NCBI GenBank assembly: GCA_965197475.1
Contig: CBDANF010000003.1
Location: 3,424,001 to 3,488,000 of the forward strand
Direction of reading: 5' to 3'
Length of the DNA stretch: 64,000 nucleotides
DNA from: Candidatus Poribacteria bacterium
Lineage (GTDB): Bacteria > Poribacteria > WGA-4E > WGA-3G
The notes beneath the pieces were generated by a model, which had not been told where the DNA came from, ran no database searches, and was given only the letters and a program-made list of their open reading frames with translations. Position 1 is the first letter of the stretch, and the number at the start of each line of letters is the position of its first letter. This document shows, in pieces, positions 33,720-43,379 of the stretch. The translations under genes were made by a program, and so were the position numbers.

Positions 33720-34317
33720 GAAATAACCATTCCCAAAGTGCTAGATAATTGTCACAACTAAGAAAACCTTCCCGCATCTCCGTGTCAATATTGGTTCCCC
33801 AGACTTGGAGGTATTCTGCTTCATTTTCTCCGATTAACAGATGTAATTCTCGTTCTCCTTCGTACCATTCTGCAGTTATATAACCATTTTCATCACTGGA
33901 GATGAACGGAGTCAGCAACTGGTGTCCAGCAGAAATAATAGAGGCTAACAATTCTTCTATAATAAGTTTAGCATGGACTAAGGTTAGCTGGGTTGGCTTT
34001 TTTGATTCGTACCCATCCCAGTTGTCTTCCCGCTGCGCTAGGACATTAAATCGCGCTAATATTTCAGGCCTATGACAGAATAGGATAAGATCCTTTAGTT
34101 CTGAATTGGCACTTGTGACCCATCTTCGCTGGAAAACTATAGGTGCGTACAACCACGTAGTTAAGTCCGTATAATCATCCAATTTTGATGTCCCAAGTAG
34201 AATATTGGCTTTCTCATGACCCTGACTCTTCCATTGTTTCGCGTAAGGCATCAGTGATACTCCACTGGAAGATGTTCCAGTTAAGTCGTTTGAATATATC
34301 ACATTTTGTAAGGACAT
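33712..34317 (-). CDS. Hypothetical protein (middle gene of the TIGR04255 module; start uncertain)
   Basis: L...NWDGY....P....P.I.....G.I..EW pattern. Confidence 0.6.
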   Translation of the reverse strand: MSLQNVIYSNDLTGTSSSGVSLMPYAKQWKSQGHEKANILLGTSKLDDYTDLTTWLYAPIVFQRRWVTSANSELKDLILFCHRPEILARFNVLAQREDNWDGYESKKPTQLTLVHAKLIIEELLASIISAGHQLLTPFISSDENGYITAEWYEGERELHLLIGENEAEYLQVWGTNIDTEMREGFLSCDNYLALWEWLFHV

Positions 34318-35002
34318 TTTTTATTTCCTTTGTTTTGCTTTCAAGAAAGCAGTCAATGTCAATTATATATGATTTCTCATTAGCGAATTGCTTTTGTCTA
34401 AACCTTCCAGATACCTTGGACAAGATATGGACTACGTTCGCTTTCATTTCACCATCATTGAATTGAATTATTTTTTGCAAAGCCTCAATATCTTTTGCTA
34501 TGAAGGTTGCTAATTCTGGAAATATATATTCTGGGATAAAAACCTCAACACTATGTTTTACGTGGGGAAGTGAAGTTCGATTAGCTATATTTTTATGTCT
34601 TAGACCAGTCCGAATGAAATAGGAAGGTTCATAAATCCCAGTAAATATTAGTAAAACCTTTTCCAATCTTTCTCTAAAGTCTTTATAATTATTGTAATAC
34701 CCATTACAAGTAAGAGCGATAAAATTTTGTGCTAAAGACACTTTCCAATCTCTTTTCTCAGAAAAGAAATGCAAAACTTTAGCGGTAGAAATCTTATCTT
34801 CGAGTTCTTTAGATAGCATATTGTTGGGCAAAGCAGGAATATCTGAGACAAGTTCTGGGTACCCTTCTTTCCTTAATATTTCCTGAAATTCAACAGGTTC
34901 CTCCTGCAAGATTCTAAGAATTTCAGGAAAACGCGCCTGAAATAGTACTTCAAATAGGATATTGTGTTTATATTCTACTCTTTCAAATTCCTTAAAGTTC
35001 AT
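34214..35002 (-). CDS. TIGR04255-family protein
   Basis: Y....L.EV.FQ.RFP, R.GLR..N and Y.IDID.F motifs. Confidence 0.75.
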   Translation of the reverse strand: MNFKEFERVEYKHNILFEVLFQARFPEILRILQEEPVEFQEILRKEGYPELVSDIPALPNNMLSKELEDKISTAKVLHFFSEKRDWKVSLAQNFIALTCNGYYNNYKDFRERLEKVLLIFTGIYEPSYFIRTGLRHKNIANRTSLPHVKHSVEVFIPEYIFPELATFIAKDIEALQKIIQFNDGEMKANVVHILSKVSGRFRQKQFANEKSYIIDIDCFLESKTKEIKNVLTKCDIFKRLNWNIFQWSITDALRETMEESGS

Positions 35003-35265
35003 AAATAAAGAACCTCAACGACTGCATGGGAATAAGACAAAGTTTCTTTGCAAATATTTAGATATGATCCCTTAAAAACAATATTGCGGGGTTGAGCACA
35101 ACCACCTGTACATAAACTTAGGAATAAAATCAATGGAAAAACCGAGTGTAACAGACTACACCAGACATCTCATAAACTGACGTGGAAAATATTTTATCAC
35201 ATCGCAGAAAAATTAACAATTTATTTTCAATGTTTGTCGTAACTTGTTTCGGTTTTCTTCAAAAT

Positions 35266-35832
35266 CTACTCAAAAAGTTCCGCGACTGCACACGAAAACC
35301 CTTCCACAACATCCTCACCTGTTAGTGTATCTTCATAGTTTAGCAGTGTAAAGTCCGTTTCAGCACGATAGATCATCACCGTCTTCGCAATCGGTTCAAT
35401 AACCCAGACAAGCCGTGTCCCCGCCTTCAGATAGGCTAATGCCTTTTCTGTAACATCATAATGCTTATCTGAAGGCGAAACTATCTCAATAGCGAGATCA
35501 GGAGCCACAGAGAATCCTTTTAATTTATCTTCTGACAACCGTTCTGTCGATACAAACGCAATATCAGGTTTAACAACTCGGTCCCCCAATTGAAACGTCG
35601 TTTCAAGAGAATACAAACGTCCTAACTTATTTTCACGAACGTACAATCCTAAAAGTAAATGAACGTTAGAACCTATTTCACCATGGACAATTGCTGCAGC
35701 TGCCATCGGCACTAATTCTCCTTTTACATACTCATATCCCTCTAAATCGTTTTCAAGAAATTCCTCCATAGTCATAGTGCTTGGCACTGGTAGTTCTTGA
35801 ACAGATTCTGGGTTCGTTTGCGAATTCAGCAT
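35266..35832 (-). CDS. Uma2-family endonuclease-fold protein
   Basis: YEYVKGEL, PDIAFV, PDLAIEIVSPS and YL.AG.RLVWVI.P motifs. Confidence 0.9.
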   Translation of the reverse strand: MLNSQTNPESVQELPVPSTMTMEEFLENDLEGYEYVKGELVPMAAAAIVHGEIGSNVHLLLGLYVRENKLGRLYSLETTFQLGDRVVKPDIAFVSTERLSEDKLKGFSVAPDLAIEIVSPSDKHYDVTEKALAYLKAGTRLVWVIEPIAKTVMIYRAETDFTLLNYEDTLTGEDVVEGFSCAVAELFE

Positions 35833-35887
35833 CAGATTCCTCCTTATACTATAGATGGAATGGTTTCAATTTCCGAATGCCCACAGC

Positions 35888-38572
35888 CTATTTTTTCTGA
35901 TTTGAAAGAAGTTTTATAACCTCAACTCTGCCAGCTTTAACTTTTTTCTCATCCACTTCCATCTGTAAAAGTCCAACCACAAACTCTGTCAAACCCCAGT
36001 CGATTTGTGCCACATCCATAGGTGTCATACCATCATTTTTTCGGATGTTAATATCTGCCCCTTTCTCAAGAAGTAGTTTCACAGTTTCAACGCGTCCGAG
36101 AAATGCCGCACCATGCAACGCTGTTGATCCGTCTCGATGCCGAGAATTGACAGTTGCGCCCTTCTCAAGAAGCAATTTCGCCACATCTGTTTGTCCGCTC
36201 AACGCTGCCCATCCTAACGGATTTATTCCGAATTGCGGATCAAGCGTGTTCAAATCCGAGCCATTATCCAAAGCGTTTTTGATAGCTGAAAGATCGCCTT
36301 CCGCAGATGCTTTCCACAGGTTGTGTGATTGCGAAACATTTTTCATCCGTCCAGTGAGAAGTCTCACTACCTTTGCTCTACCTGCTTTGACTTTTGCCTC
36401 ATCCACTTCAATTTGGAGAAATCCCAATATCCCTTGTGTGATTCCCCAGTCAAGTGTCGCGCTGTCCATGGCACTACCCCCGTCATTATTTCGGACATTG
36501 ACATCTACATCATGTTCCATGAGCAATTCCACCGCTTCAGCACGTCCAAGGAATGCTGCGGCGTGTAACGCTGTATTGCCATCTCCATTCCGGGCATTGA
36601 TATCCGCACCCTTCTCCAGCAGGAAAGTAATAATCTCTGTGTGTCCCATCAGCGCAGCTGTGGATAACATCGGTTCCCCAAACTGCGGATTCCTCGCATT
36701 GACATCCGTTCCATCGGCTATTGCCTGCTTAACCACTTTGAGGTCACCGATGAACACAGCTTCCCATATGTCATTCGCGACTCCTTGCGGTTTTGAGGAG
36801 CGGTTGACATTGAGCATCTCCGCAATTTTGGCTCTACCGGCTTCAACCTCCTTCTGTTCCAACTCAATATCAAATATTCCTGTCATGAATTTAAGCATTC
36901 CCCAAGGAATGTGTAAAGCACTCGCCGGAACATCACCGCGACGGTTCTTCGCGTTAACATCTGCCCCTTCTTTGATGAGAAGTTCAGCGATTTCGGCGCG
37001 CCCTAAAGCGACTGCAACGTGCAAAGGAGTTCCCCCATCCTCCTGCCTTACGTTAACATCTGCACCGAGTTGAAGAAGCAATTCGGCAGCTTTTGTGTGT
37101 CCCATCATAGTTGCCCATGATAGAGGGGATATGTTCGTTTCTGGAGAAAGCTCATTGATATCCGCACCTTCTGCAAGATAACGTTTAATGCCTTTAAGGT
37201 CGCCAGTCCTCGCTGCACCCCACAAATTGTCTTCCGGCAACTCAATAAACTGTCTCATAAACTTACTATCAAACCCATCAGGTCCCATAACAATTGGAGG
37301 GTTCGGTCTCCTTTTCCAGACAGGCATGCCGCCAGCTACCTCAGCTAAAACCTCGCTTTTGCGCGTCCGGATAAAGTCGCGAGTCTCATCTAACTTATCC
37401 GCAAAAGAGATAGTTTTTCCTTCACCCCATCTTCCTTCCTCTCGAAACGAACGTTGTGCGGGGATCATGTGTTGTTCAATCATCGCAGATATTCTGTCCA
37501 CTTCGGCAAGCAGCGTAACCTCGTTCCAGTGTTTTTCAAGAATTTCCATCATCGTTTTGGCATACCGTTCTCTACCCGCTTCAAGTTGATAGAGGCTATA
37601 GGCAATCAAACCTTGTGTCTTGACTGAAATCGGTGCGCGTGAATTTCTCTGGTGTGCAAGTATACTAAATTTAGTGAACAATGAGTCCGCGCCCCACGGT
37701 AAGAAATGAAACTTATCTGTTTCCGGATTGAGATAGACGAAGAAGTTGTTATTGTTCCCAGAATACCCGTCCCAAAAACCGAGTAGCCCTTCCGTTGCCC
37801 AGAACCGATAAAAACTATCTAAATCAACATGTTCGCCGATAGCTTGTTCAGTCACCTGATCATCTGCGAGAACATCAATCAACGCTTTTATTTTTTCTCT
37901 ACCGCGCGCATCGTCACCTCTTTTATGTTCAAAACTATTCTCCCACTCTTTATAAAAATCAACCACTGAACTTTCATAGAGTGTGCCGTTGTCATTTCCG
38001 AAAGTGCCTTTCAGCAACGGTTCGCGCATGCTCTCCACATGGGAGTATATCCCCAAGTTTTCACCGTTCACCGTTACCTTCGCATAAGCGCAACGTGGTG
38101 CTGGAGAACTGATCGTATTGAATAAGGCGTATCCCATGAATTGACTGACCTGGCTCGCATCCTGCTGGTTGTTATTAAGCGTCAGGTTCTTCAGTCTGTC
38201 AATGCCGCCTTTTTTATCAACATGATTCAATTTGATTTTAAGTGATGGGCGCGTATGGCTTTGAGAACCGATGAACCCTTTTTTGCGGAGGCCTACTTTT
38301 GGAAACACCACACCATCAATACTCACACTCGCTTCAACGTAAGTATACGGATGTTCCGGTGGTTTAAATTGCCGAGACTCGTTCAGCACCTCAACAAAAT
38401 TCCGAGACTGAAACCGAATCTTATTCCAATCCTGTTCCGAAACGGTGATCTGTATATCTAAAACCTTGTCGGTTGGAAAAATATCGTCCAAAGTCAGTTC
38501 CTTTGCATCGCTACTGCAGACAGCAACTCCTAAACAGAGGATTGTTGCCAAACATACTATCCATTTTTTCAT
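35888..38572 (-). CDS. Secreted CotH-kinase plus ankyrin-repeat protein
   Basis: Signal peptide. CotH motifs (VGLRKKG, WDGY..N.NNF, FLPWGAD). Three ankyrin blocks (G.T.LH.AA). Confidence 0.85.
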   Translation of the reverse strand: MKKWIVCLATILCLGVAVCSSDAKELTLDDIFPTDKVLDIQITVSEQDWNKIRFQSRNFVEVLNESRQFKPPEHPYTYVEASVSIDGVVFPKVGLRKKGFIGSQSHTRPSLKIKLNHVDKKGGIDRLKNLTLNNNQQDASQVSQFMGYALFNTISSPAPRCAYAKVTVNGENLGIYSHVESMREPLLKGTFGNDNGTLYESSVVDFYKEWENSFEHKRGDDARGREKIKALIDVLADDQVTEQAIGEHVDLDSFYRFWATEGLLGFWDGYSGNNNNFFVYLNPETDKFHFLPWGADSLFTKFSILAHQRNSRAPISVKTQGLIAYSLYQLEAGRERYAKTMMEILEKHWNEVTLLAEVDRISAMIEQHMIPAQRSFREEGRWGEGKTISFADKLDETRDFIRTRKSEVLAEVAGGMPVWKRRPNPPIVMGPDGFDSKFMRQFIELPEDNLWGAARTGDLKGIKRYLAEGADINELSPETNISPLSWATMMGHTKAAELLLQLGADVNVRQEDGGTPLHVAVALGRAEIAELLIKEGADVNAKNRRGDVPASALHIPWGMLKFMTGIFDIELEQKEVEAGRAKIAEMLNVNRSSKPQGVANDIWEAVFIGDLKVVKQAIADGTDVNARNPQFGEPMLSTAALMGHTEIITFLLEKGADINARNGDGNTALHAAAFLGRAEAVELLMEHDVDVNVRNNDGGSAMDSATLDWGITQGILGFLQIEVDEAKVKAGRAKVVRLLTGRMKNVSQSHNLWKASAEGDLSAIKNALDNGSDLNTLDPQFGINPLGWAALSGQTDVAKLLLEKGATVNSRHRDGSTALHGAAFLGRVETVKLLLEKGADINIRKNDGMTPMDVAQIDWGLTEFVVGLLQMEVDEKKVKAGRVEVIKLLSNQKK

Positions 38573-38745
38573 TATTTTCTCCTATTGTGATGTATTCCAG
38601 TGATGTAATTAGTTTAGCACATTTCGGATTTTTATGCTTGCTATTTTTATGTGTACTTGGTATCATAAAATTCGTTCGGAATGAATTCAAGGTTATTATG
38701 TCGCAATTATACATATACTCATGAAGGATTCCAAAAAGAAACACG

Positions 38746-41700
38746 ATGTCACAAAACTCCCGCATTCGAGACAACAAAATGTACGGCACCGTCGCAGATT
38801 TTCTGCGTGATAAAATCCAAGACGGGTCATCACTCTCCTTTGTCTCAGCCTATTTCACCATCTACGCTTTCAACGCACTCAAAGACGAACTCACTAACAT
38901 AAAAGGCCTCCGTTTTCTGTTCGGCGAACCGAGTTTTATCCAAGGTATGGACCCCAGTAAAACAGAAAGCAAAGTCTTTCGTCTTACAGAAGAAGGTTTA
39001 GAACTAAAGAATTACCTGCCCCAAAATGCGATTGCTAAAGCATGTTACGATTGGATTGAAGATAAAGTAGAAATCAAGTCGGTCGCTAAATCCAATTTCT
39101 TACACGGCAAGATGTATTATATTGAGAAGGACGGGAGTGAAGACGCAATTCTCGGCAGTTCCAACTTTACAGTGCGCGGTTTGGGATTGAATGAAAAAGC
39201 AAGCAACATTGAACTCAACCTTGAAGTGGATAGCAAAAGCGACTGTGCGGACCTGAAAAAGTGGTTTGATAACCTCTGGGAATCGGATCAGGTGCATGAT
39301 GTAAAAGAAGCAGTTAAACAATACCTTGAAAATATATACACAGACAAAGACCCGGAATTCATCTATTTTAAGACCTTGTACCATGTCTTTGAAGACTTCT
39401 TGGAAAATGCGACGGATGCGGATTTCGCACAAGAAAATCCAAAGTTCCAGCTATCAGAAATCTGGAAAAAACTATACGAATTTCAGAAACACGGTGTTCA
39501 GGCATGCATCCAAAAACTTAAGGCATATAACGGCTGTATCATCGCCGATAGTGTAGGATTAGGTAAGACCTTTGAAGCACTTGCCATCATAAAATACTTT
39601 GAAATACGGGGCGCGAATGTGTTGGTGTTGTGTCCAAAAAAGTTAGAACAGAACTGGACACTCTATTCATTAAACTATCAAAGAAAAAATAATCCATTAA
39701 GAAAAGATAACTTTCGTTACAACGTCCGCGCACACTCAGACTTGACAGACAGAGGTCCATCAGATTATGATTGGGAAAATTTCGACCTCGTCGTTATTGA
39801 TGAATCACACAATTTCCGAAACCGACCGACTGATAAATATGAGGAAGGGCTACTATTACGCAGAAGTCGATATAACAAACTATTGGAGGAGATTATCAAA
39901 AATGGGTGTCAAACACAGGTGCTTATGCTATCTGCAACACCCGTGAACAACAAACTGACCGACCTCGAAAACCAGGTCCGCCTTATCACTGAGGACAATG
40001 ACGATGCTTTTCAAAATACAGGTATAAATAGCGTTAGAGAAACACTGAGAAACGCTCAAAATCGGTTTGAAAAATGGACAGAACGAAACGGTGATCTTTC
40101 TAATCAAGCGCAAAGACAGGATAGTCTCGCTGAAAGCTTGAATACTGATTTTTTCAATTTATTAGATAGACTCACCATCGCACGATCCAGAGAACATATT
40201 ATTAAATTCTATCATGATACTGAGGATGCAAAGATCAAGTTCCCCGATAGGGAAAAACCGGTACCTGTCTATCCTGATATTGATACGGATGGCATATTCC
40301 CCAGTTTCCAAAACATAAGCACCCAGATTGATGGTTATAAACTCGCTCTCTTCAACCCCTCCTTTTATATCAAACCGGATTGTCTGCACCATTATGATGA
40401 TAGAATTCTAAAGCATCGTGAGAGTAACCTTATCGGTATGATGAAGGTGAACTTTCTCAAACGGCTTGAGAGCAGTGTCTACTCCTTCGATTCAACATTA
40501 AAACGCACCATTGAAAAAATAAATAAACTTGCAATTGACATACAAGATTTCTTACATGATGAAACTGAAAGTGATGTAGATTACAATGCGTTTGCAGAAG
40601 CAGAAGGAGAATATGGAGAGGATGAAGACCTGCTGAATGGCATAGAAGATGCGGAAAATGATATCTACCAATATGAACACCTTAACCTTGAAGCATGGCT
40701 GGAAGACCTACAGAACGATAGAGAACAACTAACAAGAATACAACGCGCTGCAGCTAACATTACGCCTGACAGAGATGCTAAATTAGAGCAACTCAAGGAG
40801 CTTATAACCAATAAGGCACAAAGCCCAACGAAAAATGTGGAGGGAAAACTAAACCCCAAAGTCCTTGTCTTTACCGCTTTTGCCGATACTGCCAATTATC
40901 TATATGAAAATCTCTATGAATGGGCAAAAGAAACACTACAGATTGAGTGTGCTGTCGTAACAGGTTCAGCAAATAAAACGACCTACGGTAATACAGATTT
41001 CAATGAAATTTTGACCAATTTCTCTCCTATCTCCAAAGAACGAACAACAGATGACACAGCAGAAGAAACACCAGAAATTGACCTCCTCATCGGAACGGAT
41101 TGTATATCTGAAGGGCAAAACCTACAGGACTGTGATTATCTTATTAATTACGATATACACTGGAACCCTGTGCGGATTATCCAACGTTTCGGACGGATTG
41201 ACCGAATCGGTAGCAAGAACAAAACAATCCGTATGGTTAACTTTTGGCCTACACCTGAACTTGACGCGTACATCAATCTGAAAGTTCGGGTTGAGGCACG
41301 CATGGCTCTCGTTAATCTAACGGCTACAGGTTACGACAATCCACTCACACCGGAAAACAGAGATGATAATTTGGAGCGCGTCTGGTCACATCGAGATGAA
41401 CAACTCCGACGTATGCAAACCGATAACCTTGACTTTGATGATTTGGATGAGCAACTGAATATCAATCAGTTCACACTCGACGATTTCCGCGCACAACTCC
41501 TCAACTATTTACAGACCAGAGAGGACGAGTTACGCCAAGCGGATTTGGGTTTATATGCTGTAACCGAACCAATTGATCAGCACGGAAAACCTGTTGATAT
41601 AAAACCGGGTGTTATCTTCTGTTTAAAACAGGTCTTTACGGAAGAGGACAACAAAGAAGGCGAAAAACTGAATCCTATCCATCCATATTATCTCGTGTAT

Positions 41701-42021
41701 GTCACCGATGATGAAGTGGTTTCTATCGGTTTCAACAATCCAAAACGGATATTAGAACGGTTCAGTGCACTCTGTATTGGAAAATCTGAACCAGACACCA
41801 ATCTGTGTGACAAATTCAACGAATATACCAACAACGGCAGTGATATGGACATATATCAGATACTTTCTGACGCTGCGTTAGAGTCCATTCAGAAAGAGTA
41901 TATTCGGAAGGTAAACGATCAGCTTGATTCAAGCCCTGATGCGCTCCTGCCCACTGCCGATAGTCAGATTACAGAGGAAACTGAATTTGAGTTGGTCACG
42001 TGGTTGGTCATTAGACATTAG
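38746..42021 (+). CDS. PLD-nuclease plus SNF2-family helicase
   Basis: HGKMY..GSSNFT, ADSVGLGKT, DESHNFRN, SATP and QRFGRIDRIG motifs. Confidence 0.9.
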   Translation: MSQNSRIRDNKMYGTVADFLRDKIQDGSSLSFVSAYFTIYAFNALKDELTNIKGLRFLFGEPSFIQGMDPSKTESKVFRLTEEGLELKNYLPQNAIAKACYDWIEDKVEIKSVAKSNFLHGKMYYIEKDGSEDAILGSSNFTVRGLGLNEKASNIELNLEVDSKSDCADLKKWFDNLWESDQVHDVKEAVKQYLENIYTDKDPEFIYFKTLYHVFEDFLENATDADFAQENPKFQLSEIWKKLYEFQKHGVQACIQKLKAYNGCIIADSVGLGKTFEALAIIKYFEIRGANVLVLCPKKLEQNWTLYSLNYQRKNNPLRKDNFRYNVRAHSDLTDRGPSDYDWENFDLVVIDESHNFRNRPTDKYEEGLLLRRSRYNKLLEEIIKNGCQTQVLMLSATPVNNKLTDLENQVRLITEDNDDAFQNTGINSVRETLRNAQNRFEKWTERNGDLSNQAQRQDSLAESLNTDFFNLLDRLTIARSREHIIKFYHDTEDAKIKFPDREKPVPVYPDIDTDGIFPSFQNISTQIDGYKLALFNPSFYIKPDCLHHYDDRILKHRESNLIGMMKVNFLKRLESSVYSFDSTLKRTIEKINKLAIDIQDFLHDETESDVDYNAFAEAEGEYGEDEDLLNGIEDAENDIYQYEHLNLEAWLEDLQNDREQLTRIQRAAANITPDRDAKLEQLKELITNKAQSPTKNVEGKLNPKVLVFTAFADTANYLYENLYEWAKETLQIECAVVTGSANKTTYGNTDFNEILTNFSPISKERTTDDTAEETPEIDLLIGTDCISEGQNLQDCDYLINYDIHWNPVRIIQRFGRIDRIGSKNKTIRMVNFWPTPELDAYINLKVRVEARMALVNLTATGYDNPLTPENRDDNLERVWSHRDEQLRRMQTDNLDFDDLDEQLNINQFTLDDFRAQLLNYLQTREDELRQADLGLYAVTEPIDQHGKPVDIKPGVIFCLKQVFTEEDNKEGEKLNPIHPYYLVYVTDDEVVSIGFNNPKRILERFSALCIGKSEPDTNLCDKFNEYTNNGSDMDIYQILSDAALESIQKEYIRKVNDQLDSSPDALLPTADSQITEETEFELVTWLVIRH

Positions 42022-42029
42022 CCCATGTC

Positions 42030-42261
42030 GTACCACAATCTGTCTTTCTGTAGCACAATCTTCCAGATTGTGTCTTCTGTAGATTCTCTTTTTCGCAAAC
42101 TGTAAGTGGACGCTACAGGGATGCACATGCGCAAACTGTAAGTGGACGCTACAGGGATGCACATGCGCAAACTGTAAGTGGACGCTACAGGGATGCACAT
42201 GCGCAAACTGTAAGTGGACGCTACAGGGATGCACATGCGCAAACTGTAAGTGGACGCTACA
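42030..42261. repeat. REP array left of RAYT (36-bp unit, ~4.6 copies)
   Basis: GCAAACTGTAAGTGGACGCTACAGGGATGCACATGC in tandem, identical units. Confidence 0.9.
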
Positions 42262-42295
42262 AAAAAATATAGATGTAAAACGGAAAAAACTAAAA

Positions 42296-42967
42296 ATGAA
42301 TCAATATAACTACAAACCATATTATCGTCGTAACTTACCACATATACAACCTCCAGGTGCAACCTTCTTCATAACATTTAACCTGACAGGATCAATACCG
42401 AGACACATCTTACAACAGTACATTACAGAAAAGAGAAAACTTGAAGCAGTAGAACAGATAACATTCAAACAGAAACAAGATATCCGAGAAAAGAAACGTG
42501 AGTGGTTCCGAAAATTCGAAGAAACATTAGATCAGGCACATAACGGGCCAATATGGCTCAAAAACGAACAGATTGCTAAATTGGTAACTGAGAGCCTTCA
42601 CCACCTAAATGGAAAAGTATATTCTTTAATTTCATACTGCATTATGGCAAACCATGTCCATGTCGTATTTACACCACTGAAAATCCAACCTTCTGTAACA
42701 GGCGATAAACAGACTGACAATATTAGTTATCATTCGTTATCTTCCATCATGCATTCACTCAAAAGTTATACAGCACAAAAAGCAAATCAAATATTAGGTC
42801 GTAGTGGTGCATTTTGGCAACAGGAAAGTTACGACCATTGTATCCGTAATCCAGATGAACTGCATCGGATTATTATGTATGTCCTCAACAATCCAGTAAA
42901 AATAGGTTTAGTCAAAGAATGGAAAGAATGGAAGTGGAACTATCTATCCAAAACATGCGATCTTTAG
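42296..42967 (+). CDS. REP-associated tyrosine transposase (RAYT, Y1 HUH)
   Basis: RRNLPH...TFFITF, MANHVH, FWQ.ESYDH.IR and YV.NNPVK motifs. Confidence 0.9.
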   Translation: MNQYNYKPYYRRNLPHIQPPGATFFITFNLTGSIPRHILQQYITEKRKLEAVEQITFKQKQDIREKKREWFRKFEETLDQAHNGPIWLKNEQIAKLVTESLHHLNGKVYSLISYCIMANHVHVVFTPLKIQPSVTGDKQTDNISYHSLSSIMHSLKSYTAQKANQILGRSGAFWQQESYDHCIRNPDELHRIIMYVLNNPVKIGLVKEWKEWKWNYLSKTCDL

Positions 42968-42984
42968 CGACATCTGAAATCTTT

Positions 42985-43358
42985 GTGACGTAAACTTCCA
43001 GTTTGCGTTCTATGGATGCACAAACTGGAAGATTGTGCTACAAAAAGATTTATACAGAGTTGTGTATCTTTGTACCACAATCTTCCAGATTGTGTCTTCT
43101 GTAGAGTTCTCTTTTTCGCAAACTGGAAGTTTACGCTACACAGAGGCACAAACTGGAAGTTTACGCTACACAGAGGCACAAACTGGAAGTTTACGCTACA
43201 CAGAGGCACAAACTGGAAGTTTGCGCTACAAAAAGACTTATACTGAGTTGTGTATCTTTGTACCACAATCTTCCAGATTGTGTCTTCTGTAGAGTTCTCT
43301 TTTTCGCAAACTGGAAGTTTACGCTACACAGAGGCACAAACTGGAAGTTTACGCTACA
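42985..43358. repeat. REP array right of RAYT (30-bp unit plus a larger duplication)
   Basis: CAAACTGGAAGTTTACGCTACACAGAGGCA in tandem. A block shared with the left flank occurs twice. Confidence 0.9.
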
Positions 43359-43379
43359 AAATAACACGAAAGGTAGCCT

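Noticed and set aside
36045-37073. 342-aa + strand ORF, and similar antisense ORFs such as 13611-14255 and 53980-54579
   Set aside because: They are antisense shadows of well-supported minus-strand genes and have no recognisable motifs.
42094-43358. 36-bp and 30-bp repeats as CRISPR or TIGR-like arrays
   Set aside because: These are head-to-tail identical units with no variable segments, flanking a RAYT. The repeat-derived ORFs there are spurious.
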